Shown here in pieces: positions 1 to 11,954 of a stretch of DNA of 64,000 nucleotides. Where the stretch lies: NCBI RefSeq assembly GCF_032444005.1, contig NC_091284.1, positions 16,554,001-16,618,000 of the forward strand, written 5' to 3'. Within the stretch, counting starts at the first letter, position 1; each line of letters begins with the position of its first letter. Made by a program: the position numbers and the translations under genes. Source of the stretch: Ranitomeya imitator (lineage: Eukaryota). The notes beneath the pieces are model-generated. The model searched no databases. It saw only the letters and a program-made list of their open reading frames with translations, and was not told where the DNA came from.

Positions 1-3000
1 GATGTGCTCACTCAGGTGGTGGGGCTAGACACAAGTGATGTGCTCCCCCAGGTGGTGGGGCCAGACTCAAGTGATGTGCTCACTCAGGTGGTGGGGCTAG
101 ACACAAGTGATGTGCTCACTCAGGTGGTGGGGCTAGACACAAGTGATGTGCTCCCCCAGGTGGTGGGGCCAGACTCAAGTGATGTGCTCACTCAGGTGGT
201 GGGGCTAGACACAAGTGATGTGCTCACTCAGGTGGTGGGGCTAGACACAAGTGATGTGCTCACTCAGGTGGTGGGGCTAGACACAAGTGATGTGCTCACT
301 CAGGTGGTGGGGCTAGACACAAGTGATGTGCTCACCCAGGTGGTGGGGCCAGACACAAGTGATGTGCTCACTCAGGTGGTGGGGCTAGACACAAGTGATG
401 TGCTCACCCAGGTGGTGGGGCTAGACACAAGTGATGTGCTCACTCAGGTGGTGGGGCTAGACACAAGTGATGTGCTCCCCCAGGTGGTGGGGCCAGACTC
501 AAGTGATGTGCTCACTCAGGTGGTGGGGCTAGACACAAGTGATGTGCTCACTCAGGTGGTGGGGCTAGACACAAGTGATGTGCTCACTCAGGTGGTGGGG
601 CCAGACACAAGTGATGTGCTCCCCCAGGTGGTGGGGCCAGACACAAGAGATGTGCTCACTCAGGTGGTGGGGCCAGACACAAGTGATGTGCTCACCCAGG
701 TGGTGGGGCCAGACACAAGTGATGTGCTCACTCAGGTGGTGGGGCCAGACACAAGTGATGTGCTCACTCAGGTGGTGGGGCCAGACACAAGTGATGTGCT
801 CACTCAGGTGGTGGGGCCAGACACAAGTGATGTGCTCACCCAGGTGGTGGGGCCAGAGACAAGTGATGTGCTCCCCAGGTGGTGGGGCCAGACACAAGTG
901 ATGTGCTCACTCAGGTGGTGGGGCCAGACACAAGTGATGTGCTCCCCCAGGTGGTGGGGTGAGACACAAGTGATGTGCTCACTCAGGTGGTGGGGCCAGA
1001 CACAAGTGATGTGCTCACTCAGGTGGTGGGGCCAGACACAAGTGATGTGCTCACTCAGGTGGTGGGGCCAGACACAAGTGATGTGCTCACCCAGGTGGTG
1101 GGGCCAGAGACAAGTGATGTGCTCCCCAGGTGGTAGGGCCAGACACAAGTGATGTGCTCACTCAGGTGGTGGGGCCAGACACAAATGATGTGCTCACTCA
1201 GGTGGTGGGGCCAGACACAAGTGATGTGCTCACTCAGGTGGTGGGGCCAGACACAAGTGATGTGCTCACTCAGGTGGTGGGGCCAGCGACAAGTGATGTG
1301 CTCCCCAGGTGGTGGGGCCAGACACAAGAGATGTGCTCACCCAGGTGGTGGGGCCAGACACAAGTGATGAGCTCCCCCAGGTGGTTGGGACGGACACAAA
1401 AGATGAAAGTCTTCCATGTGCTTGTGGCCAGACACAAGTGATGTGCTCCCCCAGGTGGTGGGGCCAGACTCAAGTGATGTGCTCACCCAGGTGGTTGGGC
1501 CAGACACGAGTGATGTGCTCACCCAGGTGGTGGGGCCAGACACAAGTGATATGCTCACCCAGGTGGTGGGGCCAGACACAAGTGATGTGCTCACTCAGGT
1601 GGTTGGGCCAGACACGAGTGATGTGCTCACTCAGATGGTGGGGCCAGACACAAGTGATGTGCTCACCCAGGTGGTGGGGCCAGACACAAGTGATGTGCTC
1701 ACTCAGATGGTGGGGCCAGACACAAGTGATGTGCTCACCCAGGTGGTGGGGCCAGACACAAGTGATATGCTCAGCCAGGTGGTGGGGCCAGACACAAGTG
1801 ATGTGCTCCCCCAGGTGGTGGGGCCAGACTCAAGTGATGTGCTCACCCAGGTGGTGGGGCCAGACACAAGTGATGTGCTCACCCAGGTGGTGGGGCCAGA
1901 CACAAGTGATGTGCTCACTCAGATGGTGGGGCCAGACACAAGTGATGTGCTCACCCAGGTGGTGGGGCCAGACACAAGTGATATGCTCAGCCAGGTGGTG
2001 GGGCCAGACACAAGTGATGTGCTCCCCCAGGTGGTGGGGCCAGACACAAGTGATATGCTCAGCCAGGTGGTGGGGCCAGACACAAGTGATGTGCTCACCC
2101 AGGTGGTGGAGCCAGACACAAGTGATGTGCTCCCCCAGGTGGTGGGGCCAGACACAAGTGATATGCTCAGCCAGGTGGTGGGGCCAGACACAAGTGATGT
2201 GCTCACCCAGGTGGTGGGGCCAGACACAAGTGATGTGCTCCCCCAGGTGGTGGGGCCAGACACAAGTGATATGCTCAGCCAGGTGGTGGGGCCAGACACA
2301 AGTGATGTGCTCCCCCAGGTGGTGGGGCCAGACTCAAGTGATGTGCTCACCCAGGTGGTGGAGCCAGACTCAAGTGATGTGCTCACCCAGGTGGTTGGGC
2401 CAGACACGAGTGATGTGCTCACCCAGGTGGTGGGGCCAGACACAAGTGATATCCTCACCCAGGTGGTGGGGCCAGACACAAGTGATGTGCTCACTCAGGT
2501 GGTTGGGCCAGACACGAGTGATGTGCTCACCCAGGTGGTGGGGCCAGACACAAGTGATGTGCTCAGCCAGGTGGTGGGGCCAGACACAAGTGATGTGCTC
2601 ACTCAGATGGTGGGGCCAGACACAAGTGATGTGCTCACCCAGGTGGTGGGGCCAGACACAAGTGATGTGCTCACCCAGGTGGTGGGGCCAGACACAAGTG
2701 ATGTGCTCACCCAGGTGGTGGGGCCAGACACAAGTGATGTGCTCCCCCAGGTGGTGGGGCCAGACACAAGTGATGTGCTCCCCCAGGTGGTGGGGCCAGA
2801 TACAAGTGATGTGCTCCCCCAGGTGGTGGGGCCAGACTCAAGTGATGTGCTCACCCAGGTGGTGGGGCCAGACACAAGTGATGTGCTCACCCAGGTGGTG
2901 GGACCAGACACAAGTGATGTGCTCCCCCAGGTGGTGGGGCCAGACACAAGTGATGTGCTCCCCCAGGTGGTGGGGCCAGAGACAAGTGATGTGCTCACTC

Positions 3001-3879
3001 AGATGGTGGGGCCAGACACAAGTGATGTGCTCACCCAGGTGGTGGGGCCAGACACAAGTGATGTGCTCACCCAGGTGGTGGGGCCAGACACAAGTGATGT
3101 GCCCACTCAGGTGGTTGGGGCAGGACACAAGGGTTGTGCTCACCCAGGTGGTGGGGCCAGACACAAGTGATGTGCTCACCCAGGTGGTGGGGCCAGACAC
3201 AAGTGATGTGCTCACCCAGGTGGTGGGGCCAGACACAAGTGATGTGCTCACCCAGGTGGTGGGGCCAGACACAAGTGATGTGCTCACTCAGGTGGTGGGG
3301 CCAGACACAAGTGATGTGCTCCCCCAGGTGGTGGGGCCAGACACAAGTGATGTGCTCACCCAGGTGGTGGGGCCAGACACAAGTGATGTGCTCACTCAGG
3401 TGGTGGGGCCAGACACAAGTGATGTGCTCACTCAGGTGGTGGGGCCAGACACAAGTGATGTGCTCACTCAGGTGGTTGGGGCAGGACACAAGGGTTGTGC
3501 TCACCCAGGTGGTGGGGCCAGACACAAGTGATGTGCTCACCCAGGTGGTGGGGCCAGACACAAGTGATGTGCTCACTCAGGTGGTGGGGCCAGACACAAG
3601 TGATGTGCTCCCCCAGGTGGTGGGGCCAGACACAAGTGATGTGCTCACCCAGGTGGTGGGGCCAGACACAAGTGATGTGCTCACTCAGGTGGTGGGGCCA
3701 GACACAAGTGATGTGCTCACTCAGATGGTGGGGCCAGACACAAGTGATGTGCTCACTCAGGTGGTGGGGCCAGACACAAGTGATGTGCTCACTCAGGTGG
3801 TTGGGGCAGGACACAAGGGTTGTGCTCACCCAGGTGGTGGGGCCAGACACAAGTGATGTGCTCACCCAGGTGGTGGGGC
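1..3879. repeat. 36-bp minisatellite (GATGTGCTCACTCAGGTGGTGGGGCCAGACACAAGT)n, ~108 copies, runs off window start
   Basis: Direct 36-bp periodicity (12-aa DVLTQVVGPDTS ORF artefact). The variant GGGCTAGAC dominates the 5' part. The variant GGTTGGGGCAGGACACAAGGGTTG recurs at ~3115, ~3478 and ~3803. Confidence 0.97.
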
Positions 3880-4004
3880 GCAGTTGTTACTTTTGCCATT
3901 TATTACAGTAATCAGACATAACTGGAAGATCCATAGCCTGACACCTCTCAATCAAAAATATCACATAAGTGTTTAAAATCCAATCCTGCTGCATATCCTA
4001 CATA

Positions 4005-4160
4005 TAATAATAATAATAATGATTTTTATTTTCATAGTGCCAATATATTCCGCAGCACTTTACAGTCCAATGGCGACATGTAAAGACAATATCAGAAGAA
4101 TGAGGACCCTGCTGGCAAGCTACAATTTGTGAGGAAATAGGGGAGACATGAAAGGTAAAT
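4005..4160 (-). mobile_element. SINE/L2-type 3' tail fragment
   Basis: (AAT)n-GATTTTTATTTTCATAGTGCCAATATATTCCGCAGCACTTTACAG closely resembles the tail of the V-SINE at 25411-25470. Confidence 0.5.
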
Positions 4161-4214
4161 ACTAAAGAATGCTTGTCATGTATATGATATAATTATACCA
4201 TGTTGTATAGTATC

Positions 4215-4765
4215 GTACATGAAAACTTTTCATTACAAAGAAAAACCTCCAACCCCGGCTATGTTTTTCCACATCCCACAGCAAGTCTGCCAAAAATATG
4301 TGGGAATTGGTGTATAGTCCAATGAGATCAAGATGGAACTTTTTGGCCATAATTCCAAAAGGTGCAAATCCAACATTGCGCATCACCAAAAGAACACCAT
4401 ACCCACAGTGAGACATGGTGTAGGCAGCATTATGTTTTGGGGCTTTCTTTTGACAGCTGGAATTGGGACTTAAGTCAAGGTAGAAGAAATTATGAACAGT
4501 TCCATACCAATTCCATGCAATTTTGCATTCAAACCATCAGGCCTTTGATGATGAAGAGGAATTTCACCTACCAGCATGACAACAACCCTAAGCGACCTCC
4601 AAATTACCAAAAGAATGGCTTCTATAGAAGAAGATGAAAGGTCATCCTAAATCCAAGTGATAATCTCTGGTGACCCGAAGAGGGCGCTGTACACAGGAGA
4701 TGCCCTCGCAATCTGACAAGATAGGGAGCTACTGCACGGAGGAGCGCAAAGATCGCCCATAGGTA
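4215..4765 (+). mobile_element. Degraded Tc1 transposase fragment
   Basis: Broken frames encode [18 protein letters not shown] and FTYQHDNNPK, which are Tc1 DDE-domain motifs. Multiple frameshifts and stops. Confidence 0.75.
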
Positions 4766-4885
4766 CCTGTGATTTTACCATGCCGTATAGGAACCTATAT
4801 AATACCATGCCGTATAAGATCTTCTACAGTATAATACTAGGCAATATAGAATCCTTCTGTATAGGATCCTATATGATAATACCAT

Positions 4886-6037
4886 ACCAATCTAATCAGT
4901 TTTTATGAAGAGGTAAGCTATAGACTGGACCACGGTGAGTCATTGGACGTGGTATATCTCGATTTTTCCAAAGCGTTTGATACCGTGCCGCACAAGAGGT
5001 TGGTACACAAAATGAGAATGCTTGGTCTGGGGGAAAATGTGTGTAAATGGGTTAGTAACTGGCTTAGTGATAGAAAGCAGAGGGTGGTTATAAATGGTAT
5101 AGTCTCTAACTGGGTCGCTGTGACCAGTGGGGTACCGCAGGGGTCAGTATTGGGACCTGTTCTCTTCAACATATTCATTAATGATCTGGTAGAAGGTTTA
5201 CACAGTAAAATATCGATATTTGCAGATGATACAAAACTATGTAAAGCAGTTAATACAAGAGAAGATAGTATTCTGCTACAGATGGATCTGGATAAGTTGG
5301 AAACTTGGGCTGAAAGGTGGCAGATGAGGTTTAACAATGATAAATGTAAGGTTATACACATGGGAAGAAGGAATCAATGCCACCATTACACACTGAATGG
5401 GAAACCACTGGGTAAATCTGACAGGGAGAAGGACTTGGGGATCCTAGTTAATGATAAACTTACCTGGAGCAGCCAGTGCCAGGCAGCAGCTGCCAAGGCA
5501 AACAGGATCATGGGGTGCATTAAAAGAGGTCTGGATACACATGATGAGAGCATTATACTGCCTCTGTACAAATCCCTAGTTAGACCGCACATGGAGTACT
5601 GTGTCCAGTTTTGGGCACCGGTGCTCAGGAAGGATATAATGGAACTAGAGAGAGTACAAAGGAGGGCAACAAAATTAATAAAGGAGATGGGAGAACTACA
5701 ATACCCAGATAGATTAGCGAAATTAGGATTATTTAGTCTAGAAAAAAGACGACTGAGGGGCGATCTAATAACCATGTATAAGTATATAAGGGGACAATAC
5801 AAATATCTCGCTGAGGATCTGTTTATACCAAGGAAGGTGACGGGCACAAGGGGGCATTCTTTGCGTCTGGAGGAGAGAAGGTTTTTCCACCAACATAGAA
5901 GAGGATTCTTTACTGTTAGGGCAGTGAGAATCTGGAATTGCTTGCCTGAGGAGGTGGTGATGGCGAACTCAGTCGAGGGGTTCAAGAGAGGCCTGGATGT
6001 ATTCCTGGAGCAGAACAATATTGTATCATACAATTAG
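4886..6037 (+). CDS. CR1 ORF2 reverse transcriptase, C-terminal portion (no native start)
   Basis: Uninterrupted frame TNLISFYEEVS...LDFSKAFD...GVPQGSVLGP...FADD...EKDLG...RRLRGDL...RGHSLRL through to the stop. Confidence 0.9.
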   Translation, partial: TNLISFYEEVSYRLDHGESLDVVYLDFSKAFDTVPHKRLVHKMRMLGLGENVCKWVSNWLSDRKQRVVINGIVSNWVAVTSGVPQGSVLGPVLFNIFINDLVEGLHSKISIFADDTKLCKAVNTREDSILLQMDLDKLETWAERWQMRFNNDKCKVIHMGRRNQCHHYTLNGKPLGKSDREKDLGILVNDKLTWSSQCQAAAAKANRIMGCIKRGLDTHDESIILPLYKSLVRPHMEYCVQFWAPVLRKDIMELERVQRRATKLIKEMGELQYPDRLAKLGLFSLEKRRLRGDLITMYKYIRGQYKYLAEDLFIPRKVTGTRGHSLRLEERRFFHQHRRGFFTVRAVRIWNCLPEEVVMANSVEGFKRGLDVFLEQNNIVSYN

Positions 6038-6149
6038 GTTCTGTAGAAGGACGTAGATCTGGGGATTTATTATGATGGAATATAGGCTGAACTGGATGGA
6101 CAAATGTCTTTTTTCGGCCTTACTAACTATGTTCCTATGTTACTATGCT
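4890..6149 (+). mobile_element. 5'-truncated CR1 LINE with 3' UTR and (CTATGTTA)-like tail
   Basis: RT C-terminal ORF, then a 3' UTR ending ACTATGTTCCTATGTTACTATG. Flanked by TATATGAT(A/T)ATACCATACCA at 4870-4889 and 6150-6169 (19/20 identical). Confidence 0.93.
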
Positions 6150-6435
6150 TATATGATTATACCATACCATATAGGGTCCTATATGATAATACCATGCCGT
6201 ATAAAGATCCTATACAGTATAATACCATGTCGTATAGTATACTATATGATAATACCATGCTGTATAGAATCCTATGATCATATCATGACGTATAAGATCC
6301 TATATGGTAATACCATGATGTATAAGATTCTATATGATAATACCATGCCGTATAAGATCCTATATGATAAAACCATGCAGTATAGGATCCTACATGATAA
6401 TACCATGAAGTACAGAATCCTAAATGATTATACCA

Positions 6436-7444
6436 TTTACTATATAATTGTGTAAGGGTCACTTCCGTCTGTCTGTCTGTCACGGATATTCATTGGTCGC
6501 GGCCTCTGTCTGTCATGGAAATCCAAGTCGCTGATTGGTCGTGGCAAAACGCCCATGACCATTGCCATGACCAATCAGCGACGGGCACAGACCAGCGGCA
6601 AAATGGCCGCTCCTTCCTCCCCGCAGTCAGTGCCCGCTCCATACTCCCCTCCAGTCAGCCCTCACACAGGGTTAATGGCAGCGTTAATGGACCGCGTTAT
6701 GCCGTGGTGTAACGCACTCCGTTACGCAGCTATTAACCCTGTGTGACCAACTTTTTACTATTGATGGTGCGTATGCAGCATCAATAGTAAAACGATCTAA
6801 TGTGACAAATAATAATAATAAATATAAAAGGTTATTCTCACCCTCCGACGTGGCGCGCTGTCCTCGGCAGTGCAAGCGGCAGCTTCCGGCGCTAAGGATG
6901 CTATGCGAGAAGGACCTGCGATGGCGTCGCGGTCATGTGACTACGACGTCATCACAGGTCCTGCGCTCATACCAATCCTGGGACCGGAAGCTGCCGCCTG
7001 CACCGCACACAGGCGCCAGGACTTCAAGGGGCCTTCGGAAGGTGAGTATATGTTTATTTTTTATTTTAAGTCTTTTTTAACCACGCATATAGTGCCCACA
7101 TTGCTATATAATGCGTGGGCTCTGTTATACACTACGTAGCTGTGCAATACACTACGTGACTGTTATATACTACGTGGGCTGTGCAATATACTACGTGCCT
7201 GTGCAATATACTACGTGGCTGTGCAATATACTACGTGGCTGACCAATATACTACGTACCTGTGCCATACACTACATGGCTATGTTATATACTACGTGGCT
7301 GCGTTATATACTACGTAGCTCTGTTATATACTACGTCGGTTGTGTTATATACTACGTCACTGGGCAATATAGTACGTAGCCTGTGCTATATACTACCTAC
7401 ATATTCTAGAATACCCGATACGTTAGAATCTGGCCACCATCTAG
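6436..7444 (+). mobile_element. Non-autonomous Helitron
   Basis: Ends in CTAG (7441-7444) after a subterminal imperfect hairpin (CCCGATACGTTAGAATCTGG). The 5' end reads TTTACTATATAATTG (TC decayed to TT). It sits between A and T, and removal restores the satellite unit ATACCA|TGCTGTATAAGATCC. No TSD. Confidence 0.8.
7120..7395. repeat. 20-bp minisatellite (ATATACTACGTGGCTGTGCA)n inside the Helitron
   Basis: About 13 degenerate tandem units. Confidence 0.9.
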
Positions 7445-10335
7445 TGCTGTATAAGATCCAATATAATAATACCATACTGCTTAGGTTCCTATATGATAAT
7501 ACCATGCCGTATAGGATCCTGTATGATAATATACTACAGTATAGGATCATATATGATAGTACCATAGTGTTTAGGATCCTATACAATACCATGCAGTATA
7601 GGATCCTATATGATATTACCATGCCATATAAGATCCTATATAATACCATGCTGTATAGGATTTTATATGATAGCACCATAGTGTTTAGCATCCTATATAA
7701 TAATACCATGCCGTATAAGATCCTATATGATAAAACCATGCCGTATAGTATCCTATATGATAATACCATGCCATATAGGATCCTATATAATAATACCATG
7801 CCGTATAGGATCCTATACGATAATACCATGCCATATAGGATCCTATATGATAATACCATAATGTTTAGTATCCTATATGATAATACCATGCAGTATAGGA
7901 TCCTATATAATACCATGGTGTATAGGATCCTATATGATAATACCATGCCGTATAGGATCCTACATAATAATACCATGCTGTATAGGATCCTATATGATAA
8001 TACCATGCCCTATAGGATCCTATATGGTAATACCATGCCGTATAGGATCCTATATAATACCATGCCATATAGGATCCTATATAATAATATCATGCCGTAT
8101 AGGATCCTATACGATAATACCATGCCATATAGGATCCTATATGATAATACCATAGTGTTTAGTATCCTATATGATAATACCATGCAGTATAGGATCCTAT
8201 ATGATAATACCATGCCGTATAGGACCCTACATAATACCATGCTGTATAGGATCCTATATAATAATACCATGCCATATAGGATCCTATATGATCATACCAT
8301 AGTGTTTAGTATCCTATATGATAATACCATGCAGCATAGGATCCTATATAATACCATGGCATATAGGATCCTATATGATAATACAATGCCATATAGGATC
8401 CTATATAATAATACCATGCCGTATAGGATCCTATATGATAATGCCATGCCGTATAGGATCCTATATGATAATGCCATGCCATATAGGATCCTATATAATA
8501 ATACCATGCCGTATAGGATCCTATATGATAATGCCATGCCTTATAGGATCCTATATAATACCATAGTGTTTAGTATCCTATATGATAATACCATGCAGTA
8601 TAGAATCCTATATGATAATACCATGCCATATAGGATCCTATATGATAATGCCATGCCGTATAGGATCCTATGTAATACCATGCCGTATAGGATCCTAAAT
8701 AATACCATAGTGTTTAGTATCCTATATGATAATGCCACGCAGTATAGGATCCTATATGATAATGCCATGCCGTATAGGATCCTATATGATAATGTCATGC
8801 CATATAGGACCCTATATAATAATTCCATGCCATATAGGATCCTATATGATAATGCCATGCCATATAGGATCCTATTTAATACCATGCCGTATAGGATCCT
8901 ATATGATAATACCATGCCATAGAGGATCCTATATAATAATACCATGCCGGATAGGATCCTATATGATAATACCATGTCATATAGGATCGTATATGATAAT
9001 ACCACGCCGTATAGGATCCTATATGATAATACCAGTGTTTAGTATCCTATATGATAATACCATGCCGTATAGTATCCTATATGATAATAATATGCCGTAT
9101 AGGATCCTATATAATACCATGCCGTATAGGATCCTATATGATAATATCATGCTGTATAGGATCCTATATAATACTATGCCGTATAGGATCCTATATAATA
9201 CCATGCCATATAGGATCCTACATGATAATACCACGCCATATAGGATCCTATATGATAATACCATAGTGTTTAGTATCCTATATGATAATACCATGCAGTT
9301 TAGGATCCTATATAATAATACCATAGTGTTTAGTATCCTATATGATAATAACATGCCATATAGGATCCTTTATGATAATACTATGTCGTATAGGATCCTA
9401 TATCATATCATGCCGTATAAGATACTATATGAAAATGCCATGCCATATAGGACCCTGTATGATAATATACTGCAGTATAGGATCATATATGATAGAACCA
9501 TAGTGTTTAGGATCCTTTATAATATCATGCAGTATAGGATCCTATATGATAATACCATGCAGTGTAAGATCTTATATAATACCATGTTGTATAGGATACT
9601 ATATGATAAAACCATGCAGCGTAAGATCTTGTATAATACCATGATGTATAGGATCCTATATGATAAATCCATGCCATATAGGATCCTATATGATAATACC
9701 ATGCCGTATAAAATCCTATATAATAAAACCATACCGTATAAAATCCTATATGATAATACCATGCCATATAGGATCCTATACGATAATACCATGCTGTATA
9801 GGATCCTACATGATAATACCATGTTGTATATGATCCTATATGATAATACCATGCCATATATGATCCTACATGATAATACCATGCCGCATAGGATCCTATA
9901 TGATAATACCATGCCATATAGGACTCTATATAATAATACCATGCCGTATAGGATCCTATATGATAATACCATGCCATATAGGATCCTATATGATAATACC
10001 ATGCCGTATAGGATCATATATAATACCATGTTGTATAGGATCCTATATGATAATACCATGCTGTATAAGATCCTATATGATCAAACCATGCCGTATATGA
10101 TCCTATATGATAATACAAGGTTGTATAGGATCCTACATGGTAATACCATGCCGTATAGGATCCTATATGATAATACCATGTTGTGTAGGATCCTACATGA
10201 TAATACCATGCCGTATATGATCCTATATGATAATACCATGCCATATAGGATCCTACATGATAATACCATGCCGTATAGGATCCTATATGATAATACCATG
10301 TTGTGTAGGATCCTACATGATAATACCATGTTGTA

Positions 10336-11954
10336 CAGTTAGGGCCAGAAATATTTGGACAGTGACACAATTTTCGCGAGTTGGGCTCTGCATGCCACCA
10401 CATTGGATTTGAAATGAAACCTCTACAACAGAATCCAAGTGCAGATTGTAACGTTTAATTTGAAGGGTTGAACAAAAATATCTGATAGAAAATGTAGGAA
10501 TTGTACACATTTCTTTACAAACACTCCACATTTTAGGAGGTCAAAAGTAATTGGACAAATAAACATAACCCAAACAAAATATTTTTATTTTCAATATTTT
10601 GTTGCAAGTCCTTTGGAGGCAATCACTGCCTTAAGTCTGGAACCCATGGACATCACCAAACGCTGGGTTTCCTCCTTCTTAATGCTTTGCCAGGCCTTTA
10701 CAGCCGCAGCCTTCAGGTCTTGCTTGTTTGTGGGTCTTTCCGTCTTAAGTCTGGATTTGAGCAAGTGAAATGCATGCTCAATTGGGTTTAGATCTGGAGA
10801 TTGACTTGGCCATTGCAGAATGTGCCACTTTTTGGCACTCATGAACTCCTGGGTAGCTTTGGCTGTATGCTTGGTGTCATTGTCCATCTGTACTATGAAG
10901 CGCCGTCCAATCAACTTTGCAGCATTTGGCTGAATCTGGGCTGAAAGTATATCCCGGTACACTTCAGAATTCATCCGGCTACTCTTGTCTGCTCTTATGT
11001 CATCAATAAACACAAGTGACCCAGTGCCATTGAAAGCCATGCATGCCCATGCCATCACGTGGCCTCCACCATGTTTTACAGAGGATGTGGTGTGCCTTGG
11101 ATCATGTGCCGTTCCCTTTCTTCTTCCCATCATTCTGGTACAGGTTGATCTTTGTCTCATCTGTCCATAGAATACTTTTCCAGAACTGAGCTGGCTTCTT
11201 GAGGTGTTTTTCTGTCTATTTTTGGTATTGATGAATGGTTTGCATCTAGATGTGAACCCTTTGTATTTACTGTCATGGAGTCTTCTCTTTACTGTTGACT
11301 TAGAGACAGATACACCTACTTCACTGAGAGTGTTCTGGACTTCAGTTGATGTTGTGAACGGGTTCTTCTTCACCAAATTAAGTATGTGGCGATCATCCAC
11401 TACTGTTGTCATCCGTGGACGCCCAGGCCTTTTTGAGTTCCCAAGCTCACCAGTCAATTCCTTTTTTCTCAGAATGTACCCAACTGTTGATTTTGCTACT
11501 CCAAGCATGTCTGCTATCTCTCTGATGGATTTTTTCTTTTTTTTCAGCCTCAGGATGTTCTGCTTCACCTCAATTGAGAGTTCCTTTGACCGCATGTTGT
11601 CTGCTCACAGCAACAGCTTCCAAATGCAAAACCACACACCTGGAATCCACCCCTGACCTTTTAACTACTTCATTGATTACAGGTTAACGAGGGAGACACC
11701 TTCAGAGTTAATTGCAGCCCTTAGAGTCCATTGTCCAATTACTTTTGGTCCCTTGAAAAAGAGGACGCTATGCATTACAGAGCTATGATTCCTAAACCCT
11801 TTCTCCGATTTGGATGTGGAAACTATCATATTGCAGCTGGGAGTGTGCACTTTCAGCCCATATTATATATATAATTGTATTTCTGAACATGTTTTTGTAA
11901 ACAGCTAAAATAACAAAACTTGTGTCACTGTCCAAATATTTCTGGCCCTAACTG
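10336..11954 (-). mobile_element. Full-length Tc1 transposon (1619 bp), IR/DR type
   Basis: Perfect 35-bp TIR CAGTTAGGGCCAGAAATATTTGGACAGTGACACAA and TA duplicated at 10334-35 and 11955-56. An inner 17-bp inverted copy (CAAAAGTAATTGGACAA) lies ~200 bp inside each end. Confidence 0.97.
10591..11595 (-). pseudogene. Tc1 DD34E transposase, 334-aa open frame, with the first catalytic Asp segment out of frame
   Basis: Paired-like HTH, GRPR, KHGGG, QMDND and SPDLNPIE (34 residues D to E) are all in frame. KHLKKPAQFWKSILWTDETKINLY is present only in a shifted frame (~11113-11210). Confidence 0.88.

Noticed and set aside
4-3856. DVLTQVVGPDTS repeat protein
   Set aside because: 36-bp satellite with frequent frameshifts and no unique domain or splice context.
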